Source: Ruditapes philippinarum
Lineage: Eukaryota
Length of the DNA stretch: 64,000 nt
Reading direction: 5' to 3'
NCBI RefSeq assembly: GCF_026571515.1
Contig: NW_026862394.1
Span: forward strand, 1 to 64,000
Part shown: piece after piece, positions 55,443-64,000 of the stretch
Layout: each line of letters opens with the position of its first letter
Position numbering within the stretch: the stretch's first letter is position 1
The notes under the pieces: model-generated
Seen by the model: only the letters and a program-made list of their open reading frames with translations
Databases searched by the model: none
Told to the model about the DNA's origin: nothing
Position numbers and translations under genes: made by a program

Positions 55443-55804
55443 TTCATAAAACCTCAGATCCCTTTCAAAATTTTTATTGGGGTTTTGCCCATTTTTTTTG
55501 TTTTGGGCAAAACATTCTTTTACATGGGGATCATACGCCGCTTTTCATGGATTGGCACTACTGTGTCACATTGAAGGTTTCATGATAACCGCCGTATGAA
55601 CACATCTGCGGATGTTTCTAAATTCAGAATTTCACCATTTTCGTGTTAAATGTTGAATTCTGTTTAAGTCGGTGCTAGGGGGCGTGGACGGTAACTTGCA
55701 CTTTCCATTACCGTCCATGAACAGGCTCAATCAAACCGGGCCTGCAACATTTTCAATTTTGTTGTGTTGGACTTTCTTTAGGGATTCCTTTTTTTCTCTA
55801 TTTT
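55443..55804 (+). repeat. ~365 bp structured repeat, full copy 5
   Basis: Reverse complement of 54041-54406. Confidence 0.9.
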
Positions 55805-55834
55805 AAGATTTTATTTTCTCCATTATTTTTAACC

Positions 55835-56660
55835 TGTACGTTTAATTAAACTATCAAGGTCTTTAAAACCCGAGTTTCACTTTCAAACCGACAAAAAATA
55901 AGCTTCAGATTTTGTAAAGAATTATGTATTTTCACTCCTATAGGTTTCCTTTTTTTACCAAACACTATTAAGTTTTTAATTATTTTAAATCTTTTAGTTT
56001 TAAATTATTTTCTTTTTGGGGGTTAAAAAACATTATATTTTTTTAAAAATGAAGCATTTAAAAAGTAGACAAAATGTCTGAATAACATTGCAATACTTTT
56101 ACATAAAAAAGTTAAAAATTAGAATTAAAAACATGTTGCTCTTTTTATTCTTTCCTCTTTTTCTTTTTTTAAGTTCATCATTTCATTACCTGATTTTTTT
56201 TGTTTCTATTCTGATTATGTTTAAATTTGGGGGAACGCTAATGAAGAAAAACAATTAACACTTTGGCCTTGGAAAAATTTTAAAATAACTTTTCTTTTGT
56301 GATTAGTCTTTTTGGGGGCAAAAAAAGAAACTTTATATCCATATGAAATAAAATGCTGCAAAAAGTTTAAATTTTGAAGCGAATTACTTTTTAAAACCAT
56401 TATTGAAGATCCGGGGAAAAGCTAAAAAAAAAAAAGGGCATTTTGGTATTTTTTCAATAAAAATAATTGGAATTAAAACCCATTCATAAGTGTGTATTTT
56501 TCACCCTTTCCCCAATCATTTTTCCGTATAAATATCAAAGAGAAAACGCCTTTAAAGGGAATCTGCCCCGATAAGCCAAAAAAACCCTGTTCAGCATGCC
56601 ATTTTTCACTGATATTATTTCTGGGTAATTTTTCCCCAAAAATAAAAAAAAATTTTTAAG
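55835..56660 (+). repeat. Paralog of ~60350-61350
   Basis: aaactatcaa, agacaaa...ctgaata...ttgcaata, catta.tgaagat and ccc.gata..gcca anchors occur in the same order in both places. Confidence 0.75.
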
Positions 56661-57539
56661 GGAGATTATGTGTTACGTCAGCTCATATACGTGATCAAAA
56701 GCTTTCTTTTTCTAGAGTTATATTTTGTTTATTGTAACAGTTCTTTTTTTAGTAAAATACTATAGCACTACAAGCCGCTACAAATTCTAAAATTAACATA
56801 TCTGGGTTAAAAAAAATTAAAGATCATTGATAGAATAATAAATACGATCCTATTTACGCTCTTTAACATTGATCAAGCCAGTACTGATCTATATATTTGT
56901 ATTTTTGTTTAACATTATTTCATTTAGTCGGAAGATTGAAAGTAATTATATAAAGGTTTGATTATAAGCATTTTACAAAAATGCAAAGCAATATGCTTTA
57001 AAAAAAATTATTGAGGAAATATGTGCCTTTTATCGTCTTAACAAACACAGGAAGTTTTTTTTATATTGTATCGATATTACCTAGTTATTTAAATTTGTCA
57101 ATGTCATTTTGTACTATCATTTAAAATTAATTAAAACTACCATACAATCCAGTGTGTAAAAACAGTGTTGTAACTTACAAAAGCCAACAACAAGATTTAA
57201 AAAATGCCTAAAGAACTTGTTAAATGCGATGATTGAATGAGCAATTTAAAATGAATATGACTAAATGACAAATAAAATTCATGTTTGTTAATTGGATCAA
57301 TATAAGCATCATGCTGATTGTTGTACTCTTACCAGACAATGGTATAGAAATAGTATTAAAATGATATTATTTCTTTTATTTTATATACATTTCAACAAGG
57401 AATCGAAAAAATAAAACATTAGATTTTATTTTTTTCATTTTTTTACAAAATAAATGTTTTAATTTTGAGTCCCTTATACATTTCTTTTTTATTATTCTAA
57501 ACTTTTAAAACAAGACAATATACTTCATATCACTGTAAT

Positions 57540-58060
57540 AAGCATTGACATTCAAGAAAATAAAATGGAAGCAAATTATGTGTAATCGAAAACGAGTTTG
57601 ATATACGTATAGAAGTGTCATACCATATGTGTCAAACACAACTCAATTGAAATATATTTATTGTGTCTATGCATTGTTAAATATACCTATCAGATGTTCC
57701 AGTAAAGAAATATCATATGGTATAGTCGGTTGTTTCAATATCCATTGATCAAAATTATATTGCTGAATATGTCCACAGTGATGATAAAACCTCTCTTTAA
57801 AATAATAGATATTTAGATTAATATATCTGTTTTGAATATAACATTGATTTATGATGTCTGGAATTCAAAATAATTCAACGGCGGACATATGAAAGTTATC
57901 TTATATTTCAAGGAACATCTGATCTTGTATGTCATTGACGTAATTTATAAGAGTAACAAACCTAACGGATATGATGTAGACAATAACAACGTTATTTGCG
58001 AGGATATTACACGTCAAGACGGAAAACAATTTGTTTTGTATACAAGTATTACATAATCGT
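57540..58060 (+). pseudogene. Decayed Ig-domain remnant (C2-set-like at the 3' end)
   Basis: tttcaag|GTSDLVC (~57913); TITTLF; ITRQDGKQFV followed by a 1-nt shift to C (58006-58039), resembling the T.R.DNG..L.C C2-set motif. Confidence 0.45.
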
Positions 58061-60799
58061 ATACTCTATTTGATTTATTTTCATAACTGCCTGTATTTAT
58101 ATATTTTAAACAAGAGAATTCTGAAATTTCATTTTAGATGTAACGTCAAATAAATTATACCTGAATTTCAATCTGATTTTAAAGAATAAACAAAATTAAA
58201 CAAAAAAGAGGTGTATTCTTTAGATTATGCGATAAGTGATAAATATCTGGTAGTATTTATTTTATTTATAAAATCAAATTAAATACAGCTAACAACTTTG
58301 TTTTGGTAAATTGAATATGGATTTCCTTTGAAAGATAAAGACGCATTGGACCGATAATTGTTGAAATGAAAATCAAAACTTAATTTTAACGATTTGCCTA
58401 ATTATAATTTCTTTACGTAAGGTAGGTATGCTGTATCACTGCACTGAAACGAAACATGTTTCGATTTTATCATCATAATCATTTCATACGATAAAGTGAC
58501 ATAATGCCCATCTAAACGGTATATAGTAAGTGAACAGGTGAGAATCAAAACACATTTTCATTTTGCCATAATTCCTTTTGCTTTTAATGATTTACTTTGC
58601 ATAAACAATAAATAATATCGGATTCAAACGAAATTTCAGTAAATATCATTTAGAATTTACCTGTTACGTTCAACTTATAAAAAGAGTGGGGCAGTCTTTT
58701 TATATTTTAGGCAGATTTTAAATTTTATCCTAAACATTTTCCAATATAATCTTTTGGTCAAACATCATTTAAACAGTCAATCCTTTGAAATATAAAGTCA
58801 ATCCAGCTCAATTTGACAATAAAAATGTGAGCATAATGTCACTTTAAATGCAGCGTATAATTATCAAGTAATGACCTCCTCGCATATATTCCATTTTTAA
58901 AGACTAGTCTAAATCGTTATAGCCAACTATTACAAACGTCAAAGATTTTCCCGTTTTGTCTATATTTTCCCCATCACGTATACGTGAGAATGAATAAAAG
59001 AAGAAATAGTACTACCCATGATTCCTGCATTAGTGGCTTGTTCTTCTATCCGATTGATTAACGAGCGTCTGAATGGTTGAGTTCAAAACTCGTTCTTGCC
59101 AAGAGCATTAGGCATACTGTTATATGCCATGCATATGTTACACAATCTGACCGTATCAAATTTTTGGGCATTTATATGAAATCCAAGGGATGCAAAATGT
59201 GAAATCATTGATATTGCAAACTATTACGCTGTAGTCGCTGTAAAAAGGTCAATAAAACAACAGAAATCCCAGAACAGATGCATATCTATAATTCAAAGTA
59301 GTAATATATCATGATTAAGACAATGCTTTAAAGGTTGTGATGAATTTGTTAACAATTTATCCGAAAAAAACACACGAGAATTTCTAACATCTCATTAACT
59401 TTAAGAGTTCAAAAACTTTCATCGATGTATATTTATGGAAAATCAAGAGCACGTATTGTTGTAAACTTCATATACAAATGTTCTTCTTAAATTAAAAGAT
59501 CAATATTAATTCTTAAATTATATTCACTGTTACCTTTTGAATAAGATAGCTGAGTACTAAAACATATATATTTTACAGTATACTGTTTTGTTAATTAAAC
59601 GTGGATTTAAAGTCATTACGCCCACGGCTGCATATTTTCTCTAAACAATTAAATTTAATGATTCTCTATTAAGATAAAGTGTAGCGGTATAAATTCTGTT
59701 TGCAATGAAAGATAATATAAAGTTTTGTAGGAAAGCTGAAGTACTATAAAAGGGAAAGTGTAATGTTTTATTAACACAAATCAAGGAGTAGATCTTTGTC
59801 TTGTATAAGAAAGCTTGATGCTTGCAATATTACATATGCCACGTCCCATAACCTCCGATTAATTGATCCAAAGACACTTTCAGCATATATGACGGCATAA
59901 AAGCAATGTGTCTTATAACGATAATATAATTATATCGAAACATTTTATTATTATAACTTTTACAATGACTATTATTAAAAACACATTTTTAAACAGTTTG
60001 AAACTAAATGAACTTCATCATTTATATTACATCAGTAAGATTTTAACCCATATAAACTGAATATTTACGACAATTTAGATGCCAATAAGCAATATTCTAA
60101 AATTTCCAAAATACATTATTGTCATTTCGAAACATAAAATATAAAAACTGCAAGCAATAAATATGCTAGTGAAATATTGGGTTTTTGGAGCTTGTTGAAG
60201 TTTGTGTGTGGTTATATATTAATAGAGGTTCACTCCTTCATTGTCTAGATAGTTAATTTGCTGCAAAACATTACACTCTCGGAGCTAAACGATTTTCGTT
60301 TTTGATTAAAGTTGCTGTTGAAATGTCAATTCTATAGTGATGTTTGTGTTTAACTATTAACGTCAATCTATAAAACCAGTTTCATTTTAATCCCGACAAA
60401 GAGTTAAGTTATACGATAATCTAATACGATGTTTATTTCATAACAAAGTGAGTGTACGTTTGATTAAACTATCAACGAGTTTAATCTTAATCCCAACAAA
60501 TTGTTAAGTTGCATTTTTGTAGACAATATGTATGTCAACTCTCTATAGGTACTCTCGTTCTACCAAACACCTGAATTATATTATATGTTTTACCGTTTCG
60601 TTTCTAGCTTATTGATCTTGTGTATTCAAGGTGTTAAAGCAGTTATGTTAAAATAACGTAATTTTGTATAAAGCATTTAAAAGATAGACAAATAACTCTG
60701 AATACTTTGCAATAAATACTGTAAAATTAGAAAAAACATTGCTGCTCACGATGTTTTTTTCCTTATTCCATTGTACTCGTCTACTTCTTTTTCTGATTT

Positions 60800-61320
60800 T
60801 ATGCTTGAGATGATAATTTCTTTATCAGTTGTTTACCATTTCCATTGCGTGTTTTATGTTATATTGGCATGGGAAGCTAATTTAGAGCAACAAATCAACA
60901 TTTTGGCATGAACGATAGTTTTAAAGATAACTTGACTTCCGTGCACACGATCTGTTTTTTGCAGGAAAAAAAAACTTTATTTCCTTACTCCCTGAATCTA
61001 ATGGCTACAAATGTTTAATTCATGAAGATAAATTACTTTGTAAATTCATTACTGAAGATTCAAGTTATTGCTAACATAAAAAGAAGCATACGGTATTTGT
61101 CAAGTTCCGACATGTCACAGTATTAAAACCTCATTTAGTAGAGTATTGTCACTTATCACCACCTTCAACTCAATTTATCAATATAAATATCAACATGAGA
61201 AAACATCGTTCAAGGAACACAGCCCTGATATCGCCATGAACCACACGACAAACTAAACAAACTAAAAATTACAGACATGCTCCATGCACACTGGTGTGTC
61301 ATTTCTGACGTTATTGTTAT
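60800..61320 (+). pseudogene. Decayed IgSF remnant: Ig domain, linker and start of the next domain. Twin at ~56150-56650
   Basis: LPC (60936-60944), W (~61001), IANIKRS/GICQV (61067-61106), VTY/PPST (61148-61170) and VQG (61208-61216), in the expected order. Confidence 0.55.
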
Positions 61321-62151
61321 AAGAATTCATTATTTGAGAAATGGAAATGATGCGTTATTTCATCATGCACTTAAACCTTGTTGCACCTCTAAAATAATAT
61401 TTTGGCAATGATCATCATCTATTGCAAACTTCTCATAAGTAGTACCCTTAATTTTATTGATATTACTTGATTGATTGTATCGTTGTTCCAACGATTACAC
61501 ATTTGACAAGATGTGTGGAAAAGTTAGTCTTATATGGCTTAAGATATACATGTATATGTTTATCTTTTTGGATAAGATTTATATTTCTGCCTTTGTCTAT
61601 GTTCTGTTATTCAACGGAGTGTTAGAACATATTAAGGCCTTCAAGTGAAACATACTGGGTAAGATTTTATGATAATTATAATAAATAAATGCATTTATTA
61701 CAACTATGGTAGATGGTGTCTAGAAAAGCTAAAAGAAAAATGCATTCATTGACCACACACTATTCTGTAAATGATTAAATACCTCCAAGCATCTCGACCT
61801 TTTCGATCAATCGATCATTCATTGATAACAGACCAATTTAATTAGATAAAGCAGACAACATTATGTGTCTGTTATCATAATGTGTCCGAAATACTTGATA
61901 TGCAAAAGGAAAACTGTCTACAATGTTACGTTTTACAACTAGATTGTTCTGTGAAATATATCTGCTGCTTCTCAACTACTTTTATGCATTTTTTTAGATA
62001 GAAAAGTTTTTTTTAAAAATGTAAGAATTAGTTATTTTAATAAGACAACTAGTATGAAACGAATATGTCGAAATATAATAATAATATTTCGATAAATGAT
62101 AATAAATAAAAATATCCGTTTGGAAATAAAACCTCATCTTTTACGGTGCAT

Positions 62152-62531
62152 TTCTCAAGTTCAAATCCCCTTTTAAAATTAAAATTGCATTTCATTGAGT
62201 TCCGCCCATTTTTTCACGTTAAGGGCACACGCATTCTTTAACTTTGGGACCATCCGCCACTTTCCACGGAATGGCATTAAAGTTTCACACTGAGGCTTTC
62301 ATGATAAACGCCATATGAACATACTGAGAATGTTCTAAATTTAAAATTTCACCATTTTCTTTTAAATGTTAAGTTCTGCTTAGTTAGTAAGCCCGGTGCC
62401 AGAGGATTTGGACGGTAACCTGCTCTTTCCAGAACCGTCCATAAATAGGCTCAATCAAACCGAGCCTGCATTATTTTCAATATTGCCGTGTTGCGTTTCC
62501 TTTTTTGTATTCTGTTTTTTTCCCCTATTTT
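62152..62531 (+). repeat. ~365 bp structured repeat, diverged full copy 6
   Basis: ggacggtaacctgctctttccagaaccgtcc...aggctcaatcaaaccgagcctgca. Confidence 0.85.
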
Positions 62532-64000
62532 ATATCTCCTCATTAGTTTATGTGAGCGTAGTACATTTATAACTGTTTATATTGTTACCAACAGTTAATC
62601 AGTGTTTTTAATTCGCATCCATTTTTTTATGGAAATGTATATACAATCTTCGGAGGGTAGAATGTGGCACCTTTGACATAACGTAATATTACGCTATGGC
62701 CGTCAGAAACAGATCTCAAAAGAACAAAAGAAAATCCAGAGCTGATGCATATTAACAAATGTTACAATTCAAAATATCTTATTGTTTCGGGTCATGCATT
62801 TAAGGTTTTTGCTTATTATTTTCACAGTTTCCCAATCTCTAAAAGCGGGAATATCTAACGCTTCATTTATTTTAAATGTTCAAAAACAATTCATTGATGT
62901 ACATTTATGGGAAATCAAGAGCTAGTATGGTTATTGTAAACTTAAAGACAAATATTATTGTTAAATTAAAGATTAACATCTAGAATTATATTAACAGTTA
63001 CCTCTTGAATAAAATAGCTGAATACTAAACCAAGAGAAAACTGTTTTGTAAATAAAACGCGTGATAAAATTGAATTGAATGTCATTACGCCCACGATAGT
63101 ATTGTTTCTAATAACTATATTAAGATTTAAGTGTAGCGGTATAAATTCAGTTTATTACAATGAAGAAGAAATTTAAAGTTTGTAGAAAAACGAAATATTA
63201 CAAGTTGATTTGTTATAAAAGAGAAAGTGTTTATTAACATAAAGGAAGGATATACCTCAAGGCAATATGATTTGTGTCCTTACAAGAACTCATGATGCTT
63301 GCACCACGTCCCATAACCTCCGACAAATTGATCTAAGGACACTCTCATCATAGATATTGAAATAAAAACAATGCTAATACTACTTATCACGATAATATAT
63401 TACAAATAATTAACGTTTCATTTTATTATTATAATGATTTTTATTATTTTTATTAAAATCAAGTTTAATAATTATATCAACATTTTTAAACGGTCTGAGA
63501 CTAAAATTGCAAATCAAACATCAACATAACTTAAGACAAGTTTTAATGTATCAATCCCAGATTTTTATTACATCAGCTATATATTTTAATTATATTTAAA
63601 ATAAATATTTAAGACAATTTAAATGTTAATAAGCAATATTCTTAAATTTCCAAAATGCATATGTTCATTTCGAAAAACACAAAATATCAACAATTAGAAG
63701 AAAGGAATATATATTACTTGTGAAATATTGTTTTAGAACATGTTTAAGCATGTCTGTGCTTATAGATAAAGATTCACAGAGACATTGTTTGAAGAGTACA
63801 GTTCAACCGCTGCAAAACAAGACCCTGTCAGGACTCAATGATTAAGGTTTTTGATTGAAGGTGCACAAAAAAGGTCAATGTTATTGTGAATTGTATCTTT
63901 AGGAAATAACTATTACCGTAACGGATAATTTGCAAATCCTTATGCCACGGTTAAAGTGTTACTGTTTCGTCAGTGTATGGCCTGAAACAAGTCCATACAA

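Larger units (their letters stand above)
59400..63900 (+). repeat. Older paralogous blocks D (~59400-60350) and E (~61820-62050 and 62875-63900), related to B 19440-21550 / C 42180-44170
   Basis: Shared anchors: gtcattacgccc (20935, 43593, 59612, 63081); ttacatcag...gacaattta.atg (21441, 44067, 60027, 63568); gataacaga.c.atttaatt.gataaag (19450, 42191, 61824); ccacgtcccataacctccga (59839, 63304). Confidence 0.8.

Noticed and set aside
55715-55750. ATGA-stem-AA motif as a SECIS element
   Set aside because: Helix too short, no 3' GA quartet, and it lies in an interspersed repeat.
63955-64000. Minus-strand CTGACGAAAC next to a small hairpin as a hammerhead ribozyme
   Set aside because: CUGANGA and GAAA overlap with no stem II, and the window end truncates the context.

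Overview
AT-rich eukaryotic genomic DNA, most likely a bivalve mollusc. This is inferred from its repeats: tRNA-derived SINEs, Helentron/HINE-type elements and TTAA piggyBac-type MITEs. I can support no intact protein-coding gene, tRNA, rRNA or CRISPR array. The window is built from diverged segmental duplications: a ~21.5 kb unit in tandem (B ~8513-29980; C ~29980-48480, truncated), an inverted copy (A 1-8255, matching ~24000-33935), and older paralogous pieces at ~55830-63900. Translating by hand across stops and frameshifts shows immunoglobulin-superfamily (IgSF) strand motifs throughout, on both strands: B-strand LxC, C-strand LxW, E/F-strand NV..D.G.Y.C or C.A.N, and V.YPP linkers. Some are preceded by short, phase-matched signal-peptide-like exons. 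My reading is a dense cluster of at least 4-5 decayed multi-Ig receptor genes in alternating orientation, which were duplicated again after they had lost function. This is motif-level inference and needs a frameshift-aware HMM search. A ~365 bp structured repeat occurs six times, and its palindrome shows a compensatory change relative to a second repeat family. Parts of 50400-56660 look like low-quality homopolymer-rich consensus.
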